Origin: a bacterium
Lineage (GTDB): Bacteria > Patescibacteriota > Minisyncoccia > Phycocordibacterales > JAGLPS01
NCBI GenBank assembly: GCA_030690305.1
Contig: JAUYHB010000020.1
Coordinates: forward strand, 23,535-87,534
Length of the DNA: 64,000 nucleotides
Direction of reading: 5' to 3'
Shown here in pieces: positions 56,139 through 64,000 of this stretch; the stretch's first letter is position 1, and every line of letters begins with the position of its first letter. The notes below the pieces were generated by a model. The model was not told where the DNA came from. It saw only the letters and a list, made by a program, of their open reading frames with translations, and did no database searches. The translations under genes were made by a program, and so were the position numbers.

Positions 56139-57275
56139 ATGCATATGCGTAGTATTTCTCTGATTAAAGTGTCTTTTGTGGTGTTTGTGTGTGCAATGTC
56201 TGCTTTTTCGTTTGCTCAAACTTCCGATCCGTATCAGCTGAGCCCGGAGGAATTGGCCCTTACACAAACAGGAAGCACGACGTCTTTTACTTCTACAACA
56301 AACAGTCAGTACCTGGGTGAACAGTTACAGAAACTCCAAGACGCGATTCAAAGCCAGTATGGGTCAATGATAAGTATCAGAAGCAAACCGGATGCGCCAA
56401 AACCTTTTGAGAAAATTATTGTGGAAATTGAAGGGTATAGCGTTAATCTCAACAGTTCCTATATCACTTGGTCCGTGAACGGAGTGGCACGGAAGGCGGG
56501 ACCGGGAGCAAAGAGCGTTGAACTTGTTTTGGGAGGGCTAGGAAGTGTTACCGTTGTTTCCGCAACAATTGAAGCCGATGGAGGAATAAATATTGAGAAA
56601 GAAATAACATTACGGCCGGTGGACGTTGACCTTGTTTGGGAGGCGCAGTCATACACACCTCCTTTCTATAAAGGCAAGGCTTTAAACGCGCCTCAGGGAA
56701 GTGTGGTTATAACCGCCATTCCATACGTTGTTGAGGGAGGAGTAAGGATAAATTCAGCAAATCTTATTTACAAATGGAGTAAGGACAATACGGTGCAAGG
56801 AAGTTTGTCGGGGTCTGGAAGAAATACGTTTGTTTTCAATGGCTCAATCATTTCAAGGCCCGTTACAATTTCCGTTGAAGTAACTTCACCCAAAAGCAAT
56901 ATAAAAGCGGTTAAAAAAATAACCATTAAGCCGTCTCAGGCAAAAGTGCTTCTTTACGAGATCAACCCACTATATGGTGTAGGATACGCGAGCGCGATCG
57001 GAAAAGAGTATGAGATGAGAGGAAAGGAACTGACGCTTATCGCTACTCCGTACTTTTTCAGCAGCCAAGACAAGGCGGGTGATAATTTAAGTCATGTCTG
57101 GTCTCTTAATAACAAGAAAATTGATGGCGAGGCGAACAAAAACGTCATTACATTCCGAAGGCCTGAAACCGTCGGAGTTTCGCAAATTGCCCTTGGTGTA
57201 GAGAGTGGGAATAAAATTCTTCAGTCCGCAAGAAACACCGTTCTGCTTAAATTTAGCGAGGAAAAAAGCGAGTAA
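56139..57275 (+). CDS. Secreted beta-rich hypothetical protein
   Basis: Signal peptide ending SFA|Q; Ig-like WxxN repeats; the start may be at 56145. Confidence 0.8.
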   Translation: MHMRSISLIKVSFVVFVCAMSAFSFAQTSDPYQLSPEELALTQTGSTTSFTSTTNSQYLGEQLQKLQDAIQSQYGSMISIRSKPDAPKPFEKIIVEIEGYSVNLNSSYITWSVNGVARKAGPGAKSVELVLGGLGSVTVVSATIEADGGINIEKEITLRPVDVDLVWEAQSYTPPFYKGKALNAPQGSVVITAIPYVVEGGVRINSANLIYKWSKDNTVQGSLSGSGRNTFVFNGSIISRPVTISVEVTSPKSNIKAVKKITIKPSQAKVLLYEINPLYGVGYASAIGKEYEMRGKELTLIATPYFFSSQDKAGDNLSHVWSLNNKKIDGEANKNVITFRRPETVGVSQIALGVESGNKILQSARNTVLLKFSEEKSE

Positions 57276-57284
57276 GATAAGAAA

Positions 57285-57713
57285 ATGGAAAAAATCTTTA
57301 ATTTAATAAAGAAAATATGGACAGTGGGACTTGTGTTTCCTTTGTTTGTTTTCGCACAAAGTGAGTACACTCTCTTAGAGCCCCTCACAAATCCTTCCGG
57401 CGGAACAATCAATTCGACTTCGGATCTTGGGAACTATCTTCAGTTTGCTTTTCAATTTACTATCGGCATCACAGGAGTGCTCGCGGTTATTATGATTATC
57501 CTTGGAGGAATCCGCTATCTCTCTACCGACGCAATCAGCGGCAAAGAAGAGGGCAGGAGCATGATTACAGGGGCTATAGGTGGACTTTTACTCGCAATTC
57601 TTTCTTGGCTTATCCTTAATACAATCAATCCGGACCTGTTGAAGTTTAATGTGATACCTTCGTCAAATTCTTCCGGTGGGGGAGGGGGCGGAGGGGGAGG
57701 AGGAGGTTTTTAA
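57285..57713 (+). CDS. TrbC/VirB2-like pilin
   Basis: Signal peptide, two TMs (LAVIMIILGGIRY; AIGGLLLAILSWLILNTINPDL) and a poly-Gly tail. Confidence 0.75.
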   Translation: MEKIFNLIKKIWTVGLVFPLFVFAQSEYTLLEPLTNPSGGTINSTSDLGNYLQFAFQFTIGITGVLAVIMIILGGIRYLSTDAISGKEEGRSMITGAIGGLLLAILSWLILNTINPDLLKFNVIPSSNSSGGGGGGGGGGGF

Positions 57714-57725
57714 TTTAACACAATC

Positions 57726-58961
57726 ATGCTTAAAAAATTTCTCATACCCGTCATTATTTTTGTTATTATCGCAGGAGCACTGGGAGCATATTTTTTCTTT
57801 TTACAAAACAAAAATCCCAATAATACTTTTTTTGGAGACCTTTTTCCTTTCGGACAAGGCCCTGATTTGGGAAATGGCTCAACTGTGACAGAGAGTGGTG
57901 GGGAAAATGGTAACGGTAATGAAGAAGCGAATATTTTACCTGCCCCTCAGATACGCAAAATAACGGGGGAACAGGTGGCAGGGGTAACCCTTATTGACGC
58001 GGCTAGCACAACGGTTATCCGTTACATTGAAAGGGGTACGGGACATATATACGAAGCAGACGCCCTTACACTTGCTTTGAAAAAGATATCAAATACAACT
58101 ATCCCGAAAATTTATGAAGCTTTGTGGACCGGGAAAGGAGATTCGGTCATTCTTCGATATTTGAAAGACGACAACGAAACGATTGAGACATTTTATGCAA
58201 AGCTTTCAAAAAATTCTATCTCCGGAGCGGATGGAAATTCGGTCTCGGACCTTGAGGGAAGTTTTCTTCAAACCGACATAAGAGAAATTGCAGTTTCTCC
58301 GGATAAAAACAGTATTTTTTCCTTGGTTGCTTCAGTGACGAGTGGAAGCGGAGTCATTTCACGGCCCGATGGAACACAGAAACAAACTTTTCCTCTTCCC
58401 CTTAAAGAATGGGTTGTCTCATGGCCGACACAGGACACAGTTCTTCTTACAACAAAACCGAGCGCGGAGGTTGGAGGTTATGTATACACGTTTAACACCT
58501 CGACCGGAGAGCTGGGAAAAATCACAGGGGAAGTGGGTGGCATAACGGCAAGCGCAGACCAGTCTCTGAACTATCTGCTTTACTCCGAGAGCAAACAAAA
58601 AAGCTTCTTCCTGAATTTACTCAATATTGCTGACAAAACAATTACCAGGTCTCCGTCCCAAACCCTACCCGAAAAGTGTGTGTGGAGCAAGAAAGAGAAA
58701 TCTGTTATTTACTGTGCGGTCCCTAAAACAATACCAAGCAATGACTATCCGGACGCGTGGTACCAGGGGATTGTATCTTTTTCGGATAAAATATTGAAAA
58801 TAGATTTTGAGAATAACACAACTTCCGTAATCGCCGACACGAAAGAGGCGGTAGGGGAAGAGGTTGACGCAGTTTCACTTTCTCTCAATGCAGAAGAAAA
58901 CTATCTTGTCTTTCTGAATAAAAAAGATTCCTCTTTGTGGGGAATTCAAATTACTCCTTAG
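57726..58961 (+). CDS. Membrane-anchored hypothetical protein (possible beta-propeller)
   Basis: N-terminal TM; beta-rich body with VSPD. Confidence 0.75.
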   Translation: MLKKFLIPVIIFVIIAGALGAYFFFLQNKNPNNTFFGDLFPFGQGPDLGNGSTVTESGGENGNGNEEANILPAPQIRKITGEQVAGVTLIDAASTTVIRYIERGTGHIYEADALTLALKKISNTTIPKIYEALWTGKGDSVILRYLKDDNETIETFYAKLSKNSISGADGNSVSDLEGSFLQTDIREIAVSPDKNSIFSLVASVTSGSGVISRPDGTQKQTFPLPLKEWVVSWPTQDTVLLTTKPSAEVGGYVYTFNTSTGELGKITGEVGGITASADQSLNYLLYSESKQKSFFLNLLNIADKTITRSPSQTLPEKCVWSKKEKSVIYCAVPKTIPSNDYPDAWYQGIVSFSDKILKIDFENNTTSVIADTKEAVGEEVDAVSLSLNAEENYLVFLNKKDSSLWGIQITP

Positions 58962-59655
58962 GTTTTCTTTTAAGGAGCATCTCCTGGCCGATGGTAAAAA
59001 GATTACTCGTGGCCCAGTAAAGGCTCACGGCGGAAGAAATTTGATAAGCAAAAAAGCCCATCATCACGGGTAGTATATATTTCATTTGAACACGCATACT
59101 TTTTGCGAGTTCGTTTTCCTGCACGCCGGGAGCAGGGGCAGGAAGTGATATGCGCATTTGGAAAAAAGAAGAAACGCCAACAATGACAGCGAGAATAAGA
59201 CTGTTTTTTGTTACATCAAAGATACCGAGAAAAATCATATTTAAATTTTGAGGTATGCCCACAAAAGAATAGAGGATTCCTGTGTCAACGGAAGGGAGTC
59301 CGCTTTGCGCGAAAATAAAGTAGAGAGCAAAGATAATAGGAAACTGTATGAAAGCAAGAAGAATGCTCATGAAGGGGTTGACCCCGTTTTCTTTATATAA
59401 AGCAATAATTTGTTCCGCTTGGGCCTGCTGGTCTTTTATTTTTCCTTTTATTTCTGAAATTTTCGGTTCAAGAATTTTCAGTTTCTGCTGCGCATGAAGA
59501 GATTTTCGTGAAAGAGGGAAGAGAACCATTTTGATAATAATCGTAAAGAGAACAACAATAATTCCCACATCAAACCATGGAAGGAAATCAATAAGCAGGA
59601 TGAGCCCGTTATACAACGGCTGGTAAAAAAAGGTGTGAAAAAAGGAAGAAATCAT
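58951..59655 (-). CDS. yidC: Membrane protein insertase YidC (short form)
   Basis: LYKENGVNP, QFPI and LYWATSNLF; follows rnpA. Confidence 0.93.
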   Translation of the reverse strand: MISSFFHTFFYQPLYNGLILLIDFLPWFDVGIIVVLFTIIIKMVLFPLSRKSLHAQQKLKILEPKISEIKGKIKDQQAQAEQIIALYKENGVNPFMSILLAFIQFPIIFALYFIFAQSGLPSVDTGILYSFVGIPQNLNMIFLGIFDVTKNSLILAVIVGVSSFFQMRISLPAPAPGVQENELAKSMRVQMKYILPVMMGFFAYQISSAVSLYWATSNLFTIGQEMLLKRKPKE

Positions 59656-59692
59656 TTTCGCATTGTAACGTATTTCAAAGGGCCGTTCAATG

Positions 59693-60034
59693 TCATTTTG
59701 GCGGGATCATTATTTTTGCTTTTACAAAAAGGTCAACGATTTTCTTTTGTATTTCCATTTGCGGAATCAAGGAAACGTCGGAGAGAACAAAAACAACCAC
59801 TTCTTTCTGAGACAGAGAGCCCATGACCGACCCAATTATCTCGTATACCAGGCGTCGGATGCTGTTTCTTTTTACTTTGGAACCGGCTATTTTTGAAGAA
59901 ATAACGACAGCATAGCCTTTTTTGTCGCTTTTTGAACTAACGCACAAGGAAAAAGGATGGGAAGAAACTTTTTTCCCTTCTCTTAGAAGATGACGGACCT
60001 CAGAGGAGGTTAGTCTTTGTCTCTTCGGAAGCAT
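59693..60034 (-). CDS. rnpA: RNase P protein component
   Basis: MLPKRQRL and SSKIAGSKVKRNSIRR (RNR-like motif); synteny. Confidence 0.9.
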   Translation of the reverse strand: MLPKRQRLTSSEVRHLLREGKKVSSHPFSLCVSSKSDKKGYAVVISSKIAGSKVKRNSIRRLVYEIIGSVMGSLSQKEVVVFVLSDVSLIPQMEIQKKIVDLFVKAKIMIPPK

Positions 60035-60042
60035 AAAAACAG

Positions 60043-60177
60043 CTACAAACCCAGGCGCGCCCTCCCTTTTCGTCTTCGACGCTGCACTACCTTTTTGCCG
60101 GCGTGTTTCCTCTGTCTCGAGAGGAAACCATGCGTTGTTTTTCTTTTTCTTTTCTTAGGTTGGTATGTTCGTGACAT
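60043..60177 (-). CDS. rpmH: 50S ribosomal protein L34
   Basis: Manual translation [44 protein letters not shown]; below the ORF-track cutoff. Confidence 0.97.
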   Translation of the reverse strand: MSRTYQPKKRKRKTTHGFLSRQRKHAGKKVVQRRRRKGRARLGL

Positions 60178-60186
60178 AAGTATTGT

Positions 60187-60215
60187 ATTCTACAATGTTT
60201 GTATTACTTATTCAA
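60187..60215 (-). promoter_or_regulatory. Sigma70-type promoter of rpmH
   Basis: TTGAAT-17-TAGAAT; ATG is 9 nt downstream. Confidence 0.65.
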
Positions 60216-60232
60216 GGTGTATTTCATGTTCC

Positions 60233-60263
60233 TTGTACACCCCTTATACACAACTTATTAACA
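60233..60263. promoter_or_regulatory. DnaA boxes upstream of dnaA
   Basis: TTGTACACC, TTATACACA (consensus match) and TTATTAACA in tandem. Confidence 0.7.
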
Positions 60264-60333
60264 TAAATGAGAGAAAAAAGGAAGTTCTATAATTCAAAGA
60301 CGAGGATATAATTAACCCTACCTAAAAAGTACG

Positions 60334-61680
60334 ATGATGGATACAAAAAAACTTTGGGATAGCGTACTTACTGAAATAGAGTTGAATGTCTCACGGGCAA
60401 CTTTTACGACATGGTTTAAAGACACGTACGTTTCCAAGGAAGAAGACGGGGTTGTTTTTGTAAGTGTGCCAAACGCATTTGTAAAAGAGTGGCTTCTCAA
60501 CAAATACCACAACATTATCTTGAAGTCGCTGCGAAGCGCTCTTGAGACGATTCGTTCCGTGGAGTATACAATCTCAAGAAGCGAGGAAAAGCCGCAGGAA
60601 GAACAAAAAATAGAGCCTCAGAGGACTTTTTCCGAACTTCCACTACATGATTTATATATAAACAAGGAGGACAACTTAAACCCACGCTATACCTTCGAAT
60701 CTTTTGTTATCGGACCTTTTAACGAGCTTGCCTATGCTGCGTCCCAAGCGGTAATAAAAAAGCCCGGTATTACATATAATCCTCTTTTTATTTACGGAAA
60801 CACCGGACATGGAAAAACGCACCTGATTCAAGCGATTGGCAACCATATAAAAAGCACGCAGACGGAAAAAAGAATTCATTATGTTACCTCGGAAAAATTC
60901 GCTCTTGATTATATAAATTCAGTACAAAACAATAAAACAAATAATTTCAAACAAAAATACAGAAAGTATGATGTTTTGATTATGGACGATATCCATTTCC
61001 TATCAAATAAAGAGAAAACCCAAGAGGAATTGTTTCATCTTTTTAATTATCTTTACGACAACAACAAACAAATTATCTTCTCTTCTGACAAACATCCGAA
61101 TTATATTCCCAACCTTGAAGAAAGGCTTAAATCAAGGTTTGCGGCGGGAATGATTATAGATATACCGATTCCGGATCAAGAGTCACGCGCGGCGATTTTA
61201 AGGGCAAAATCACGCATGAACAACTTTATCTTAAATGAAGAAGTTATTGATTTTCTTGCCCAATCAATACCGAGTAATATCCGTGAATTGGAAGGAGTGC
61301 TCAACTCGTTGATTTTTCAAACACAATTAAAAGGAAAGGACTTACTCCTTCATGAAATAAAAAACCTTATTAAAGACAGCGCCAAACCAAAGAGAAGCCT
61401 TGCGCCAAAAGACGTGATAAAGATAATTGCCGATTTTTATAATATTGAAGAAGAGAATATATATAGAAAAACAAGAAAGAAGGAAATCATTAAACCGAGA
61501 CAGGTTACCATGTATCTTCTTCGTGAGGATTTTAATATTTCTTATCCTTCAATAGGGGAGAAGTTGGGGGGGAGGGACCACGCCACAATTATTCATTCAT
61601 GCGAGAAGATAAAAAATGAGTTGAAAACAAACCAACTACTTAATCAGGAGTTAAATCAGATACGAGCGATGATTTCATAG
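60334..61680 (+). CDS. dnaA: Replication initiator DnaA
   Basis: NPLFIYGNTGHGKTHL, DDIHF, RLKSRF, NIRELEG and GGRDH. Confidence 0.99.
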   Translation: MMDTKKLWDSVLTEIELNVSRATFTTWFKDTYVSKEEDGVVFVSVPNAFVKEWLLNKYHNIILKSLRSALETIRSVEYTISRSEEKPQEEQKIEPQRTFSELPLHDLYINKEDNLNPRYTFESFVIGPFNELAYAASQAVIKKPGITYNPLFIYGNTGHGKTHLIQAIGNHIKSTQTEKRIHYVTSEKFALDYINSVQNNKTNNFKQKYRKYDVLIMDDIHFLSNKEKTQEELFHLFNYLYDNNKQIIFSSDKHPNYIPNLEERLKSRFAAGMIIDIPIPDQESRAAILRAKSRMNNFILNEEVIDFLAQSIPSNIRELEGVLNSLIFQTQLKGKDLLLHEIKNLIKDSAKPKRSLAPKDVIKIIADFYNIEEENIYRKTRKKEIIKPRQVTMYLLREDFNISYPSIGEKLGGRDHATIIHSCEKIKNELKTNQLLNQELNQIRAMIS

Positions 61681-61888
61681 TGTTAATAGCGAGTTGATAT
61701 ATTGAAGAAAGGGTGTTGGTAAGTTTATGAAAATAGTGTTAAAAAGATGAAAAGGGATTGTTATATACAGGTAGTTTTCTTAAATAAACATACTATTACC
61801 GAAAATTTCTCTAAAATAACCAGGTTTTAAGACAAAAAATAAACTTACCAACATATCCACTCCCTATATAAAAATAACTTCTTTATAT
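61681..61888. other. Probable oriC segment
   Basis: AT-rich dnaA-dnaN gap with DnaA-box-like 9-mers (TGTTAATAG, TGTTGGTAA, TTACCAACA, ATATCCACT). Confidence 0.6.
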
Positions 61889-62986
61889 ATGAAAATAGAA
61901 TGTATTAAAGATAATATTCAAAGAGCTCTTTCTAAAGCTGAGCGAATTTCCGGTAAGAACCTTAATTTACAGATACTTAATAATATTTGTATTGAAGTAA
62001 AAAATAAGGAGGTTAAAATACGTTCAACAAACCTTGATTTAGGTATTGAAATCATCATACCTGCAAAAATACACTCGGAGGGTATTGTTGTTGTTCCAGG
62101 GAAAACACTAAGTCTTTTTCTTGAAAATATTAAAAATGATACAGTGGTTTCTTTGGAAAAAGATGAGAACGTTCTGAAGATTGTCACAAAACACAATTCC
62201 GCCACATTGAAAACATATTCTGAAAATGAATTTCCTACAATTCCATTAGTTGATGGGGTGCTCGCACAAGTTTCCGTAAAAGATTTTATTAACGGACTTC
62301 GTTCTGTTTGGTTTAGTGCGTCTTCTTTAAATATAAAACCCGAGCTCTCGAGTGTTTTTTTATGCCCGGAAAAAGGAAATTTATTTTTTGTTTCTACGGA
62401 CTCGTTCCGTCTCGCTGAAAAAAAGATTAAATTAAAAACATCCGACACTATTCCTCAAATACTTATTCCTATTAAAAATATTTCGGAAATTATACGAGTT
62501 TTCGAAGAATCGGATGGAGAAATAAAAGTACGTATAGATAAAAACCAAATTTCTTTCTCAAAAGACGGAGTATATCTCACATCCCGATTGGTTGACGGAA
62601 CGTTTCCGGATTATAAACAAATCATTCCTAAAGAGTCTCTCACTGAAATAATTCTTCTCAAAGAAGACCTGATAAACGCAATGAAGATATCTCAGATATT
62701 TTCCGACCACTTCAATCAAGTCAGCTTTCTTATAGACCCGAAAAAGAAAAGTTTTGAGTTGAAAACAAAAAATTCGGAAGTGGGAGAAAGTGTTCAGTCT
62801 ATTGACGCGGTTGTGAGGGGTGAACCGATCTCTCTTAATTTTAATTATAAATATATCTTTGACGCGTTTCAGTCGATTGCAAGTGACAGTTTGTCATTAA
62901 AGATGAGCGGGGCCGGGAAGCCAATGGTAATACAGGGAGTATCAGACCAGACATTTACATACATTGTTATGCCTATGAATAAATAG
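61889..62986 (+). CDS. dnaN: DNA polymerase III beta clamp
   Basis: STNLD, TDSFRLAE, SRLVDGTFPDY and YIVMPM. Confidence 0.98.
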   Translation: MKIECIKDNIQRALSKAERISGKNLNLQILNNICIEVKNKEVKIRSTNLDLGIEIIIPAKIHSEGIVVVPGKTLSLFLENIKNDTVVSLEKDENVLKIVTKHNSATLKTYSENEFPTIPLVDGVLAQVSVKDFINGLRSVWFSASSLNIKPELSSVFLCPEKGNLFFVSTDSFRLAEKKIKLKTSDTIPQILIPIKNISEIIRVFEESDGEIKVRIDKNQISFSKDGVYLTSRLVDGTFPDYKQIIPKESLTEIILLKEDLINAMKISQIFSDHFNQVSFLIDPKKKSFELKTKNSEVGESVQSIDAVVRGEPISLNFNYKYIFDAFQSIASDSLSLKMSGAGKPMVIQGVSDQTFTYIVMPMNK

Positions 62987-62988
62987 GA

Positions 62989-63240
62989 ATGAGACCTCTT
63001 GAAGATTTTCTTGAGAAAATAAAAAAAACGATTCTCAAAGGACAGGTTCTAAAGGGCGACATCGTTTGTATTATAAAAAAAGAAACCGGTATAGAAGTGC
63101 CGGTAAATGAGATAACGGTCTCGAATAAAAAAATTAAAATTTCCTCCCATCCTGCGATAAAAAACGAAATTTTCTTAAAAAAAAGTTCTATTCTTTCAGG
63201 CCTTAAGGAGCGAGGAATATTTATCGACGGAATTTTTTAA
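62989..63240 (+). CDS. Small hypothetical protein, possibly DciA-like
   Basis: Directly follows dnaN; ISSHPAIKNEIFLKK. The DciA assignment is inference. Confidence 0.55.
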   Translation: MRPLEDFLEKIKKTILKGQVLKGDIVCIIKKETGIEVPVNEITVSNKKIKISSHPAIKNEIFLKKSSILSGLKERGIFIDGIF

Positions 63241-63998
63241 TTTTCCGCCACATCAAAGAAAATCGAAGTCTGGTTTTTGTTGTACACGGAATCGTATATA
63301 ACCACCCTCAGTTCGTTGGTTTTTTCGATGTAACTTTCAAATTCTTGGGGGATAAAGGAAAAATTAAACGGAGACTTTGACGAATTTCCGATATAGTTTC
63401 CATTGAGGTAATATTCTATTTTTTGTAACGGATATGTTCCACTGTAACTTATAGACACGAACAGACTCTCTTGCCTGTCATATTGCTTCCCGAACGCAGG
63501 ACTTACAATAGAAACCTTTGGTGCGTATTCTGGTTTATGGATATCGTCAAATGTTTGGGGGACGGACATATCTGTCGTTTCCACGATATTGTGTGTAACC
63601 ACCCACCGGCGCACCTGATATTCCCAGCGCTCAAACTGAGGGTCATTTAGGGGGTTTACAGGACCCACACCAAGGGGGTCTTCTTTGTTTACCCAATAAA
63701 GGATTGAGTGCACTCCACCGGTCAAGATCTCTCCAAGGGTCTCTTGGGGCGTGTAAGGAGAGGCTTTTTTACCGGAAACCGTATCGATGGGGAAGGATAT
63801 TCCTCCTTGCCATTTTCCTCTTATCACGGGCTTGATGTTGTACAGGGCGCTCTCACTTAACGGCTGTGGTTTAACAAAATACTCATTGGGCAGTGTTTTT
63901 AGAACCTCTTGCATAAAGGCGTTCCAAAGAGGGGCAATAATAAACCCTGCAACTTTTTTTTCCATAGGGCGGTTGTCGTTGTTCCCGGCCCATGCTCC
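63237..63998 (-). CDS. Penicillin-binding protein, C-terminal part with Ig-like domain (runs off the window)
   Basis: GAWAGNNDNRPM...APLWNAFM is the end of a class A PBP transpeptidase domain. Confidence 0.8.
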   Translation of the reverse strand, partial: GAWAGNNDNRPMEKKVAGFIIAPLWNAFMQEVLKTLPNEYFVKPQPLSESALYNIKPVIRGKWQGGISFPIDTVSGKKASPYTPQETLGEILTGGVHSILYWVNKEDPLGVGPVNPLNDPQFERWEYQVRRWVVTHNIVETTDMSVPQTFDDIHKPEYAPKVSIVSPAFGKQYDRQESLFVSISYSGTYPLQKIEYYLNGNYIGNSSKSPFNFSFIPQEFESYIEKTNELRVVIYDSVYNKNQTSIFFDVAEN

Positions 63999-64000
63999 GA

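Noticed and set aside
57673-57710. G-rich run as a G-quadruplex or contingency locus
   Set aside because: It is explained by a poly-Gly tail with mixed GGN codons, and there is no long homopolymer.

Overview
A chromosomal, origin-proximal window from a small-genome bacterium. Gene content and order point to Patescibacteria (CPR), probably Parcubacteria; this is inferred, since no rRNA is present. It holds translation and housekeeping genes (partial fusA, rpsG, rpsL, rpmB, rpsO, rpmH, nusA, tig, clpP, rny, pnp, cca, rsmA, rsmE, hup), DNA repair and competence genes (split comEC, comM, recJ, rnhA, xth, pcrA, a Xer recombinase) and pgk, tpiA and hppA. It also has a type IV pilus operon, a VirB4/PrgI/VirB6/pilin T4SS-like cluster, four intact tRNAs and the yidC-rnpA-rpmH-dnaA-dnaN origin region. 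The main candidate for a new system is a tRNA-Pro(UGG) nested inside a second, insertion-expanded tRNA-Pro scaffold (30066-30343). Other notable items: a clear TraT surface-exclusion lipoprotein between the two halves of comEC; a 6S-like rod RNA upstream of rny; a dispersed family of structured intergenic repeats; many apparently leaderless promoters; parS-like sites inside yraN; a probable non-AUG start for a LysM/M23 peptidase; and an S12 carrying K43R, K88R and a Pro91 deletion. All protein calls come from motif recognition by eye, and all RNA structures were folded by hand. No database searches were run.
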